Shown one piece after another: positions 48,965-64,000 of a stretch of DNA of 64,000 nucleotides (within the stretch, counting starts at the first letter, position 1; each line of letters begins with the position of its first letter). The position numbers and the translations under genes were made by a program. The notes under the pieces are model-generated. The model had not been told where the DNA came from and ran no database searches. It saw only the letters and a list, made by a program, of their open reading frames with translations. Source of the DNA: the human T2T-CHM13v2.0 reference genome, Homo sapiens; assembly GCF_009914755.1 (NCBI RefSeq), contig NC_060943.1; one strand, written 5' to 3'.

Positions 48965-49298
48965 ATACATAGGCATTAGCCTTGGCAACTGACTTCTAGA
49001 AATCTGCTATGCAATTAGAGCTTTACAAACATTAAGCAAATATTTTATCATTTAATCTCTGTGGTTTTCTTTTCTTTTTTTTTTCCTTTTTCTTGAGAGA
49101 GACTATCTCTGTCACTCAGGGTGGAGCGCAGTGGCGTGATCACAGCTCATTGCAGCCTCAACAATCTAGGCTCAAGCACTTTTGCTACTTCAGCCTCTGA
49201 GCAGCAGAGACCCCAGGCATGTGCCACCATGCTCAGCTAATCTCCCATTTTTCTTTTTGTAGAGATAAGCTCTCCCTATGTAGCATAGGCTGGTCTCG

Positions 49299-49642
49299 CA
49301 TGTCATTCACATAGCCCGTGAAAAAGCTGGCCCTCCTACTTTAGCCTTTTAATATGCAAAGGCAGGGCGCCATGGATGTTCTACACACGTGGAGATATGT
49401 GGGGGTGGCCATGTTGCCAGGAACATTTGGTGCAAGGGCAAGAAGGCCACGAGGGAATCACCAAATTGGGTGGACCAAGTTTCTAAGGGCCTGCATTTGT
49501 ATATCAAAAGTTGCCAGCCTGGCTCTAAGAGCTGGGGCTTTAAAAGAAACTTTTCCAGAGATACTTTAAAAAATGAAAACTTCCCAAGGACCTATTTTCC
49601 TCTAATCCACGTAAAATAATTTCTTAATAACTCCTACCACAC
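49299..49642 (-). mobile_element. LTR9-family (LTR9B-like) 5' fragment nested in an antisense AluJ (~49070-49680)
   Basis: Minus strand TGTGGTAGGAGTTATTAAGAAATTATTTTA...GGTCCTTGGGAAGTTTTC. Alu halves lie on either side. Confidence 0.7.
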
Positions 49643-50299
49643 AGGGCTAGGATTACAGGCATGAGCCACTACATGCAGACAGAGGTTTTATTTTTATATC
49701 AAAATATAAAAATAGCATTAGCCAGGCACGGTGGCTCACGCCTGTAATCCCAGCACTTTGGGAGCCCAAGGCAGGCAGTTCATGAGGCCTCCCAAAGTGC
49801 TGGGATTACAGGCATGAACCACTGTGCCCAGCAACACATAATAGCTTTAAACAATTGACCCTGGGCACAGGTGTGGAGTGAGACTGAAGTCCTAGACTCT
49901 CATCTCTCTGGGCTTGATGAATTGTGCAGAACGCACAAAGCTGAGACTGCCATGAGCTATTTTTCTTCTCTCACCCCCTTGCTTAGGTCACATGAACTAT
50001 AAAGAGGAAACAAATTCAAATTAGAGACTTGTCAACCCACAAAAATAATGCCTGAAGATGCCTTCCAGGAATCTGGCTCCTACCTCCTTTCCCCACCCTG
50101 CCATCAACCATCAACTCCCCTTACACACACACACCCTGGATCACAAGAAAGACAAAACCATTTCACCAGCCACTGAGAGAGGAGCCACAGAAGGACCCAG
50201 AACCCCTGCATGGCCACCTTGGACAAGCCTAGAATATACTGACAGCCATTGTTAGCATCCAGGAGCTATTTATTCCCATCTTCGCACTACAGTAAAGAA

Positions 50300-50812
50300 T
50301 TTTGTTTTTTGAGACAGAGTCTCACTCTGCCCGGACTGGTGTTCAGTGGCTTGATCTCAGTTCATTGCAACCTCTGCCTCCAAGATTCAAGAGATTCTCC
50401 TCCCTCAGCCCCCCTTGTAGCTGGGATTACAGGCACCTGCCACCATGCCTAATTTTTGTATTTTTTTTTTTTTTAGTAGAGACAGGATATCGTCATGTTG
50501 GCCAGGCTGATCTCGAACTCCTGACCTCAGGTGATCTGCCAACCTTGGCCTCCCAAAGTGCTGGGATTACAGGTGTGAGCCGCTCGAAAGCAGCCTGGCC
50601 AACATTGCGAAACCCCATCTCTACTAAAAATACAAAAATTAGCCAGGTATGGTGGTGCGTGCCTGTAATCCCAGCTACTAGGGGTTTGAGGCAGGAGGAT
50701 CACTTGAACTCGAGAGGTGGAGGTTGCAGTGACCCGATATCCTGCCATTGCACTCCAGCCTGGGCAACAGAGCGAGACTCTGTCTCAAAAACGACAAAAA
50801 CAACAACAACAA
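50300..50812. mobile_element. Antisense Alu (to ~50583) fused to a 5'-truncated sense Alu
   Basis: Junction gtgagccgctcgaaagcagcctggccaac. Confidence 0.88.
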
Positions 50813-51045
50813 AACTTTAAACAGTCACAAGGAAGATTGTCTAGACTGTCTAGATTCCCTAGACTAGCTGGAAGCTGGTGCTTGCAACATCCCGTATCCC
50901 CCAGGAGCTCACTGCTGCAGTCTCAGGTACACACCTGCCCATGTGCCATTCAAATGAAACAACTGTTATCAAGGAACCAGAGTTCCTGCAATGGTCGTGC
51001 TTCAGTCTGGGGTGCATTAGTGACCAGCTAGCAGGGTCTTGCCTG

Positions 51046-52118
<1,073 letters not shown>

Positions 52119-52331
52119 GCAGGGACCCCTTTTATTATCAAGTGTATCTGTTTAAACTAGACAGACTAAAACAAGATGTCTATTCATAAGTTACAAATGG
52201 AGGTTAATAGAAAACTCATAAACACAAATATAACTATCCTACATCTTTCAAAATAGCCCATCCTAATTCTTCCATTTCTTGTTCACTATAATTCATGTAG
52301 ATTTTTTTCATAATTTTATAGTGGATCTCAA

Positions 52332-52467
52332 TATCAGAGGTGTTCAAACCAGAGCAACTCCATCTCAAAAAGTAGCTGGGTAAAATGAGGCTGAGACCTA
52401 CTGGGCTGCATCCCCAGGTTAGGCATTCATAGTTACAGGATGAGATAGGAGATCAGCACAAGATACA
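52332..52467 (+). mobile_element. 5' part (~135 bp) of a MER41 LTR
   Basis: tatcagaggtgttcaaaccagagcaactccatc...gctgagacctactgggctgcat...cacaagataca matches the recalled MER41 5' end. Confidence 0.82.
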
Positions 52468-52900
52468 CTGCACTTAGCAATATGTCACAATCTTCCCTGT
52501 GAGCAGGGCACAGGCAGAATAGAGGAGTCACATATTTAGGTCATGGATGCAGAGATTTGTCACAAAGGCCCTGTGGGTGGGGTCAAGAAAGGAGCTTCCC
52601 ATCCCCTAGGTGTTGGGCCCAGCAATATATCACAATACCCAATACACAGGAAAAAGGTAGAGTCATATCACCTAGGTGCTCGGTCCAGTGATATTTCACA
52701 ACTGTTCTTTGTGTGGCAGATTCTAGTCAAAAAAGGAGAGTCACAACACTTAAGTGATGAAAAATATGTCATAACACCTTTCTGAACAGAGACCATGCAG
52801 GAGACTCATACTACCTAGGTGTTGGACCCAGCCATATTTCACAATACACAATGTGTGCAGAGACCAGGCACAAAAAAAAACAAAAACAAAAATAAGTCAC

Positions 52901-53636
<736 letters not shown>

Positions 53637-54884
53637 GGTCACATTTTGTGCAGAGCCCAAACAGTAGAAGAGAGTCATATCACCTAAGTTCTGGGTCCAG
53701 AAATGTCACAGTACCCTCTGAGGGAAGACCCCTGGCAGAAAAGTCACATCATCTAGGTGAGAGGCTCAGAGATATGTCACAATGCCCCCTGTGGGTAGGG
53801 CTCAGGAAGAAGAGAAAGATCACATAACCTAAGAGCTGGGCCGAGCTACATATCACAACCACCCAGTGGGCAGGGCCAAAGCATGAGAAAAGAGTCACAT
53901 CACATAGGTGCTAAACCAAGTGATACATCACAATCCCCACTGTGGACAGGTCCCGGGAAGAAGAGGAGTCACATCATCTAGGTAATGGGCCCAGAGATAT
54001 GTAACAAGAACCCCTTTGAACAGGAACCAGGCAGAAGTATTACGTTCCCTGTGTGCTGATCCCGGGGATAAGTCACTCTCTTTTATGGGAGCGTGGCAAT
54101 AGCAGCAAAAAAGAGTCACATAATCTAGGTGTTGGGCCCAGAGATATGTCACAATCTCTCCTATAGGAAAAACCTAAGTAAAAGAGTCACATCACATAGA
54201 TGATGGATTCACAGATATGTCACTATGCCTGCTGTGGGCAGAGTTCAGGAAGAAGGCTCATATCACCTAGGTTCTGAGCCTGACAATATGTCACAATGCA
54301 TGATGAGGAAAGGGCCAAGGCAAAAATGTAACATCACCTTGGTGTTTGGCCCAACAGTATGTCACAATCTACACTGTGAGCAGAACCTAGGTAGAAGGGA
54401 AGAGGCATATCAGCTAGGTGCCAGGCCCAGTGATAGGTAACAATCCTTTCTGTGAGCAGGGACCTGGTAGAAAGAGAGAGTCACGTTACCCGGGTAATGG
54501 GTACACAGATAGGTCATAATGCTTCCTGTAGGCAGGACCCAGCAAGGAGAGTTACATCACCTGGATGTTGGACATAGCAATATGTCACAATGGCCCATGA
54601 AGGCAGGGCACAGGCAGGAGAGTCACATAATCAAGTTGTAGGGCCCAGCAATATGTCACAATGCCCTCTATGGGCAATACCGAGGCAAAAATATGGATCA
54701 CACAACCTAGGTGTTGGATTCAGCAATGTGTCACAATCCAATTTGTGGCCTGCAAACCAGGCAGGTGAGTCAAATCACTCGGGTGCTGGGCAGAGGTGTA
54801 TGTCACAATTATAGTTGCAGAACAATGTAGAGATAAAATTAACAATCCCACACATGTCCCATTTCTAGGTATTAGAGTCAACAC

Positions 54885-55177
54885 TTTTTTTTTTTTTTGA
54901 GATGGGGTCTTGCTCTGTCACCGAGGCTGGAGTACAAGTGGCGCGATCTTGGCTCACTGCAACCTCCACCTCCTGGGTTTAAGTGATTCTCCTGCCTCAG
55001 TCTCCTGAATAGCTGGGACTACAGGCACGCACCACCACGCCTGGCTAATTTTTGTATTTTTAGTAGAGATGGGGTTTCACCATGTTGGCCAGGCTGGTCT
55101 CGAACTCCTGACCTTGTGATCCACCTGCCTTGGCCTCCCAAAGTGTTGTGATTACAGGTGTGAGCCACCGCGCCTGG
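54885..55177 (-). mobile_element. AluS in satellite
   Basis: Antisense Alu with TSD GAGTCAACAC. Confidence 0.94.
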
Positions 55178-56921
55178 TGAGTCAACACCTTTTGTTATGT
55201 TCAGTCTGAGTACACGAGTCACAGTCTCAACGGTTAACTGGATACACTGATGAGAGCCTCAATTGTTGCTGGGGACTGTGTCCCCTTAGTGGGGTCAAAG
55301 CTGCACACGTATGCTGAATCTTGGTCTGAGAGTCACCAACCCACATTTCAACAAAATCCGTGTATGAGAGTCAATTTTCCAACTTTTGGCTATGTCCAGG
55401 TGTGATATTCAGTACTTCAATAGCTGTGTTCATGTGGAAAGATGACAATCTTTATCGTTGGCTGGGTGTGCATAGGAGTGTCACAATGTCGCTTGTGCAC
55501 TGGGCCCTGTTACAGAACTCTCTGTACTAACTGAGAGCTTTATACAATATGCATGATAGTCACAAGTTGTTCTGAGACCTTTGTTGTAGTATGGACTCAA
55601 TTGTACCTGTGGACCTAAGCCCATGTATTAGAATCAACATCTCTCCAATTGGCTGGGTCCAGAGAGAAGAGTCCTCAGCTGCCTATGAGCTGGGTTTAGA
55701 AATGAGACACTAACTTAACTGTGGTCACATAATCACATGTGACAGTCACAATTTTTACTGTGGACTGCATTCACATGTGAAATTAAGGATCTCTTCAGTG
55801 GGCTCTGTCCATGTGTGAGGGCTACAAGTTATGAAAGTCAACATTGTTTGGATGTTGGGTGTAACTACACAAGTCACAATCTCAATGTGCATGGATCCAT
55901 GCATAAGAGCCTCAATCTCTCTGCAAACTCCCTCTCACTAAATTATATCCTCACAGGCGTGCTGAATCTTGGTCTGTGAGTCACCAACCCCCCTGTGGAC
56001 CAGGTTCACATATGAGAGTCAATTTTGCAACTTTCCATGTGGTAGGTTGTGCATGAGAGAAACACAGTCTCACCTGTGTGCCTGGTTCTGTGATGACGCT
56101 CTTTGTACCATGCAAAGACATTGCACAATATATGAAAGAATGACCATCCTTTATGACGTTCTTACTACAGAAGACTCAGGAGTTTATTCATTTCTGTAAG
56201 TCTAGCTACAAGTGGCAGTATCTCTCCTATTGGCTGTTTTGTGGCGTAAGTGTCATCATCACAACCATGAGCTGTGCTAAAGTGTATGTCACAATCCAAC
56301 CTGTGAGTAGAAAGCAAACAGGAGAGTATCGTCACGTGGGTGCTGGGTTAAGAATATGTCACAATTTTTCCAAGGCAGGGACCAGGCAGGAGAGTCAAAT
56401 CACCTGGTTGCCTGGCCAGGGTTATGTCACAATTCCCTCCTGAAAGCAAGACACAGACAGCAAAGTCACACCACTCTGGTGAGCTGGGCCTAGCTATGTC
56501 AGAATTCTCTCTGTAGGCAAAGTCTGGGCACAAGGGACACACCACCTTGTTGATGAACCCAGAGATATGTCACAATCTTCTGTGTGGACATAGTGCAGAT
56601 AGAAGAGGAGTCACATCTCCAAAGTAATGGATGCACAGATATGTCACAAGACCTCCTATGGGCAGAACCCAGGCAAGAGTCTTTCACCCATTTGGTTTGA
56701 CCCAGGGATATGTCATAATACCCAAAATACAAGGAACCCAGGTGAAAAAGGAGAGTGATATCACCTAGATGCTAGGTCCAGTGATATCTCACAATCCCCC
56801 CTTTTTATAGGGTTCAGGTAGAAAAGGAGAGTTACATCACTTAGGTGATAAACAAAAAGATATGTCCTAATTCCCCTATTAACAGGGCCCATGCAAGAGA
56901 GTCACATCACCTGGGTGTTGA

Positions 56922-57328
<407 letters not shown>

Positions 57329-59224
57329 TAGGTGATGTGATCCCCCTGCATGGGCCCTGCTAAGGGAATTAGGGCATATCATTTTGTTTGTCACCTAAGT
57401 GATGTGACTCTTCCTTTCTACCTGAACCCTGTAGCAGGAGAGGAGAGTCACATCACTAAGGTGCTGGCCCCAGTGATACCTTACAATTCCTCCATTGGCC
57501 GAACCCAAGCAGTAGAAGAGAGTCACATCACCTTGTTGCTAGGTCAAAAAATATAGCACAATATTCCCTGAAGAAAAGAAAAAATGAGCCCATGAAGCAG
57601 AGTCACATCATCTAAGAGAGGGCTCCAGAGATATGTGAAAATGCCCCATGTGGGTAAGGTTCATGAAGAAGAGAGGAGTCACATAACCTAGGAATTGGGA
57701 CTAGTTAAATGTCACAATCACCCCAGTGGGGGGACCCAGGTATGAGATGAAAGTCACATTATGAAGATGCTGAGTCAAGTGACATGTCACAATCCCCACT
57801 ATGGACAGGTCTCAGAGACAAAAGGAGAGGCACAGCATCTAGTTTATGGACCCAGGGACATGTCACAATGTCCCCTGTGGATAGGGACCAGGCAGAAAAA
57901 TTACATCATCTGTGTGCTGAACCCAGTGATAAGTCACTCTCCTTTCTGTGGTCAGGGCCCAGGCAAGAGAGAAGAGAAACATCACATAGGTGCTTGGCCC
58001 AGATAGGTTACAATGTCTCCTAGAGAAAAGCTCTTGTAAAAGTAGAGAGTAACATCAAATAGATGATAGGTCCAGGAATATGGCAAAATTCCCCCTGTAG
58101 GCAAGGTCTAGGAAGGAGATTCACATCACCTGAGTGTTAGACCCAGCAATATGTTACAATAGCCCATGTGGGTAGGGCACAGAAAGGACAAACACATTAC
58201 CAGGGTGCAGGGACCAGTGACATGTCACAATGCCCTCTGTGGCAGCACCAAGAAAAAAGTACAGATCCACATTATCTACATGCTGGGTTCAACGATGTGT
58301 CACAATCCCACAATCCCATCTGTGTGCTGGGCCCAGGCAGGAGAGTCAAATCACTCTGTTTCTGAGAAGCATGTGTCACAATCACACCTGCAGAAAGGCC
58401 CAGGTATGAGAAGAACAATTCCTCACATGTACCTGCTCTAGTTATGAAAGTCAACACTGTTTGGATGTTGGGTGTAACCACACAAGTCACAATCTCAATG
58501 TGCATGGATCCATGCATAAGAGCCTCAATCTCTCTGCAAACTCTCTCTCCTCAATAAATTACAGCCTCACAGGTGTGCGGAATCTTGGTCTGTGAGTCAC
58601 CAACCCCCGTTGTGGAACAGGTCCACATATGAGAGTCAATTTTGCAACTTTCCACTGCCTCCGGGTGTGAGATTCAGAACTTCAGAATCTTCAGAACTTC
58701 AGAAGTGGGTTGTGTTTATGTAAAAGGGTTGTGTTTATGTAATATTTACTGTTGGCTGGTTGTGCATACGGGTGTCAGAATGTCACCTGTGTGCTGGGCC
58801 ATGTAAGGTTACTCAATCTGAGGACTTTACACAATATGCATGAGAGTCACAATCCACTCTGAGACCTTTGTGGTACCATGGACCCATGATTATACCTGTG
58901 GCTCTAAGCTAAGGAATGAGAGGCAACTTCTGTCCAATTGGTTGATCCATATAGGAGAGTCCTCAACTGCCTATGAACTAGGTTTAGAAATTAGTCATCA
59001 TTTCTTTTCTGGCTGGATGTTTGCATATCACAGTCACAATTTCAACCGTGGACTGCATGTGCATGTGAGATTCAGAACCTCACCAGGGGGCTCTGTCCAT
59101 ATTGAGGTAACAATCATAATGGTTGGCAGGGTGTTCATTTAAGAAACATGATCTCAGCTATGTTTTCGGCCTGTCATGATGCTCTGTGCCACCTGAGAAC
59201 TTTTTACAATATTTAAAAGTGGTG

Positions 59225-59547
59225 GGCCAGGTGCAGTGGCTCATGCCTGTAATCCTAGCACTTTGGGAGGCCCAGGCAGGCAGATCATGAGTTCAGGAGT
59301 TTGAGACCAGCCTGGCCAACATGGCGAAACTCTGTCTCTACTAAAAATACAAAAAATTAGCCAGGTGTGGTGGCAGGCACCTGTGATCCTGGCTACTCAG
59401 GAGGCTGAGGCAGGAGAATCACTTGAACCAGGAGGTGGAGGTTGCAGCGAGCTGAGGTGACGCCACTGCATGCTAGCCTGGGCGACAGTGTGAGACTCCA
59501 TCTTAAAAAAAAAAAAAAAAGAAAGAAAAGAAAAAAGAAAAAAAAAA
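59225..59547 (+). mobile_element. AluS in satellite
   Basis: Alu with A tail and TSD AGTGGTG. Confidence 0.94.
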
Positions 59548-62476
59548 GAGTGGTGACTCTCTATGACCTTTGCAAATAGAGGAGACTCGGGATTATGTTT
59601 GTTTTTCTAAGGCTAGCTAAGAGAGGGTGTATCTCTTTTATTATCTGGTTCGAGGTATGAGAATTATTACAGCAACTGTAAGTGGGGACAAGACATATGT
59701 CACAATTACATCTCTGGGTAGGGAGGGGGCAAGAGAGTCACACCTGGGGCTAGTTCAGAGATATGTCACAATATTTTTTAAGGGCAAGGACCAAGCAGGA
59801 GAGTCATATCACCTAGGTGCTTGGCGAGGGATGTATTAAAATCTCTGCCTGTAAGATGGGCGCAGGCAGCAAGTCACATCACCTGGGTGCTGGGCCTAGT
59901 GATATGTTACAATGTTTTCTTTGGGCATGATGCATATAGATGAGAAGAGTCACATTTCATAGGTGACAAATGCCAAAATATGTCACAAGACCCCCTGTGG
60001 GCAGCGCCCAGATAGGAGCCTCCCATTTCCTAATGTCAAACCCAGTGATATGTAACAATATGCAAAATATGTAAGATCCAGGCAAAAGATGAAAGTTACA
60101 TCATCTAGGTGCTAGGTCCAGTGATACATGATAATCCTTTTTTTGGCAGGTTGCAGGCTAAAGAAGAGTCACAACACTCAGGTGATGAATGAAAAGATAG
60201 GTCATCTACTCTTGTGGTCAAGGCTTATGTAGAAGACTCACATCACTGGGCTGACAGACCCGGCTATATGTCACAATACAAAATCTATGCAGAACCCAGA
60301 CAAGAGAAAAGAATCCCGTCATGTAGGTGCTGGGCCCAGTGATACATCACAATCCCTTTTTGGTCAAAGTCCAAGTAGTAGAGGAAAAGTCGCATCACCT
60401 AAATGCTGCATCCAGCAACATATCACAATACCCCCTGAGAGGAGAGTCCAGGCAGAAAAGTCACATCACCAAGGTTAAAGGCCCAGAGATATTTCATAAT
60501 GTTATCTGTTTGTAGGGCTCCAGAAAAATATAGGAATCAGATAACATAGGAGCTGGGCACACCTATATAGCACAATCACCACAGTGGGTAGAGCCTAGGC
60601 ATGAGAGAAGAGTCACATGACATAGGTCCTCAGCCAAGTGATATGTTACATTTCCCACTGTGGACAGATTCAGGAAAAAAAAAAAAAGGAGAGGTCTATC
60701 ATTAGGTAATCAGATTCAGAAAAAAAAAAGAGAGATCTATCGTCTAGGTAATCGGCCCAGAGATATGTCACAATGACCACTTGGGCAAGGACCAAGCAAA
60801 AGAATCACATCCCCTGTGTGCTGAACCCAGCAATAAGTCACTCTTCCTTCTGTTAGCATGACCCAGGCCCAAAGATATATTACAATCTAACCTATGGGCA
60901 AAGCCCAGATAAAAGAGGAGAGTCACATAAAATAGCTGATGGGCTCAGTGATGTGTCAAAATATTTTCAGTAAGTGGGGTGGGTCCAGGCAGAAAACTCA
61001 CATCATCTAGGTGTAGGGCCCAGCAATACGTCACAATGTCTTACATGGGCAGGACCAAGAAAAAAAAAGAGTAATATCCATTTGGTGCTAGGTTCAGCAA
61101 TATTCCACAGTCTGTTTTTCAGGAAAAACTAAGAAATAAAAGAAGAGTCACATCAGCTATATGCTGTGAAAGGTCAAAATCCTTCCTGTGAGCAGACAGC
61201 AGGTAACAGAAGAGTCACATCACCTGTGTGATTGATGCAACGTCATTCCAAAATGCCCCCTGTAGGCCAGGTGCAGGCATAAAAGTTACATCACCTCATT
61301 GTTGGACCCAGCAATATCTCACAATGGCCCAAGTGGGCAAACCGCAGACAGAAGAATCACATAATGTCAGTGCAGAGTCGGGCAATATGTCACAGTATCC
61401 TCTGCAGGCAAAACCAAGAAAAAGATTAGAGTAACATCAGCTAGGTACTGGGCATAGCAATATGCTACAATTTCCCTGTAAGCAAAGACCAGGCAGAAGA
61501 AGAGAATCACATCACCTGGATGCCGGGCCCAGTCATATTTCAACAATCTTTCCTGTAATAAAGACCCAGGCAGGAGAAACACATCATCTGGTTGCTGACC
61601 ACAGCAATATGCTACAATTTTTCCTGTAGGCAGCGTGCAGGCAGAAGAGGAGAGTCACATCTCCTAGGTGATGAGTGCAGAAATATGTCACAATGCCCCC
61701 TATAGGAAGTGCCCAGGTAAGAGATTCCCATCCCTTAGGTGTTGAGCCTAGCACTATGTCACAATACCCAAATATGTGTGGCCTAAGAAAAAGAGGAGAC
61801 TTACATCACCTAGATAGGCCAGTGATGTTTCACAATTTCTCTGAGCAGAGACCAGGCAGGAGAAGAGAGTAACATCATCATGGTGACAGGCATTCAGTTA
61901 TGTCACAAAGATGCCTCCTGGCAGGGCCCAGGAAGATAATGTTACATCACCTGGGTGTTGGACCCAGCAATATGTAACAATGTCTAATGTGACATATTTT
62001 GCCAAAATATGGCACAAAATACAGGGCACAGGTGGCAGAGTCACATAACAGGGGTGCAGGATCCAGCAATATCTGACAATACCCAAAATTTGTGGGGTCC
62101 CAAAAATAGAGGAGAGTCACATCACCTAGGGGCTGGCTCCAGTGATATATCACAATCTCACCTTTGGGCTATGACCAGGTAGAAAAGTCAAGTCACTCAG
62201 GTTCTGATTAGAAGTGTATGTCACAATCACATCTGCAGAAAGGTCCAGTGATGAATTAACAGTCCTGCACAGGTCCCAGTTCCAGGTATGAGAGTCCCCA
62301 CATTCTCTATGTTGGGTCTAAGTATGATAGTGACAATCTCACCAATAAAGTGGATCCATGTATGAGATTCTACATACCTCCTGTGAACTGTATTCGCTGT
62401 GGCCTTAAGCCCAGGTATGGGAGTCAACATGTCCCCAGTTGGCTGGGGGACATGTTGACTCCCATACCTGGGCTTA

Positions 62477-62856
<380 letters not shown>

Positions 62857-64000
62857 TCATAATTCCAACTCTGGCTGGATGTTCATGTATGACAGTCACA
62901 ATTTCAACTGTGGACCGTGTTCGTGTGTGAGATTCGAGACCTCACCAGTGGGCTCTGGCCACGTGTGAGGGTGACAATTTTAATAGTTGCTGGGGTATGC
63001 ATATGAGAAACACAATCTCACCTGTGTTCTGAACCCTGGAATGGCAATCTCTGTACAATTAGAGATTTATATAGTATGCAAGAAAGTGGATATTCTCTAT
63101 AACCTTTGTAAAAGAAGGAGAGCCAGCATTTTACTCATTATTTTAAGCCTAGCAATAAGAAACAGCATCTCTCCTACTGACTGGTTTGAGGTATGAAAGC
63201 CACCGCACTCAGCATGGTAAATCATTTCTAAATCCAGTTCATAGCCGGTGAGAATTCTTCTATCTGAACCCGTGAGGTATGAGGTATGAGAGTCATCATC
63301 ACACCTGTGAGCTGGGCCAAATTATTTTAAAATCTCACCTGTGAATATGGAGAGACAAGAGTCACAACACCTGGGTTTTTGGCCAGGAATACATCTCAAT
63401 CTTTTCTTACAGCAGGGACCACACAGGAGTGTCACATCAACTGAATACTCAGCCAGGAATATGTTACGACTTTCTCCTGAAAGCAGGACACTGACAGTAG
63501 AGTCGTATCACCTGGGTGCTGAGCCCAGCAATAGGTAACAATGCTCTCTGTGGTCAAGGCCCAGGTAGGAGAGACACCTGGTACCTGGGCCTAGTGACAA
63601 TTCACAATTTTTCCTGTGGGCAGAGTGCAGGCAAAAATGGAGAGTCACATCTCCTAGGTGATTGATGAAGAGATATGTCACAAGGCCCTCTCTAGACAGG
63701 GCCCAGGCAGGAGCCTCTGATTTTATAGGTGTTCAGCCTAGTAACATGTCCTAACATGTGAAATATTCAGGGCACGGGCAAAAGAGAAGAGTCACATAAC
63801 CTGAGTGCAGGGCTTAGCAGTATGTCATAATCCACCCTGTGGGCAGCACCAAGGCTGGAAGAGAAAGTCATATCTTCAAGGTGCAGAGTCAAGCGATATG
63901 TCACAATCTTATCTGTGGACTGGGTCAAGGCAGGAAACTCAAATCACTAAGGTGCTTAGCAGATGCACACAATCACACCTGCAGGAAAGTCCAGGAATGA

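Overview
Primate, almost certainly human, genomic DNA with the architecture of the 19p12 KRAB zinc-finger cluster. (1) 1-17.8 kb holds the 5' part of a minus-strand ZNF91-subfamily KRAB-ZNF gene, best matching ZNF728 from memory. It includes a CpG-island promoter, exon 1 ending in ATG, and the KRAB-A and KRAB-B exons; the zinc-finger exon lies outside the window. (2) 17.8-29.1 kb holds an Alu-riddled L1PB, an inverted relic of a paralogous ZNF intron 3, and a 3'-truncated HERV-L with its MLT2A 5' LTR. (3) 29.1-64 kb is diverged beta-satellite-like DNA in higher-order blocks, with ~71-bp units alternating with ~38-bp units. The satellite is interrupted by Alus, a solo LTR7 and a ~12-kb island (MER41 piece, HERV-H, MER61, LTR7, LTR9, MER4A, MER41 piece). 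I see no new protein-coding system. The most interesting signal is structural: the island looks circularly permuted, with one MER41 LTR split between its two ends and a chimeric HERV-H with discordant LTRs and no TSD. The satellite also carries several templated-insertion and fold-back scars. Family names are from memory of consensus sequences, not from a search. Repeat boundaries are approximate unless a TSD or splice site is quoted.
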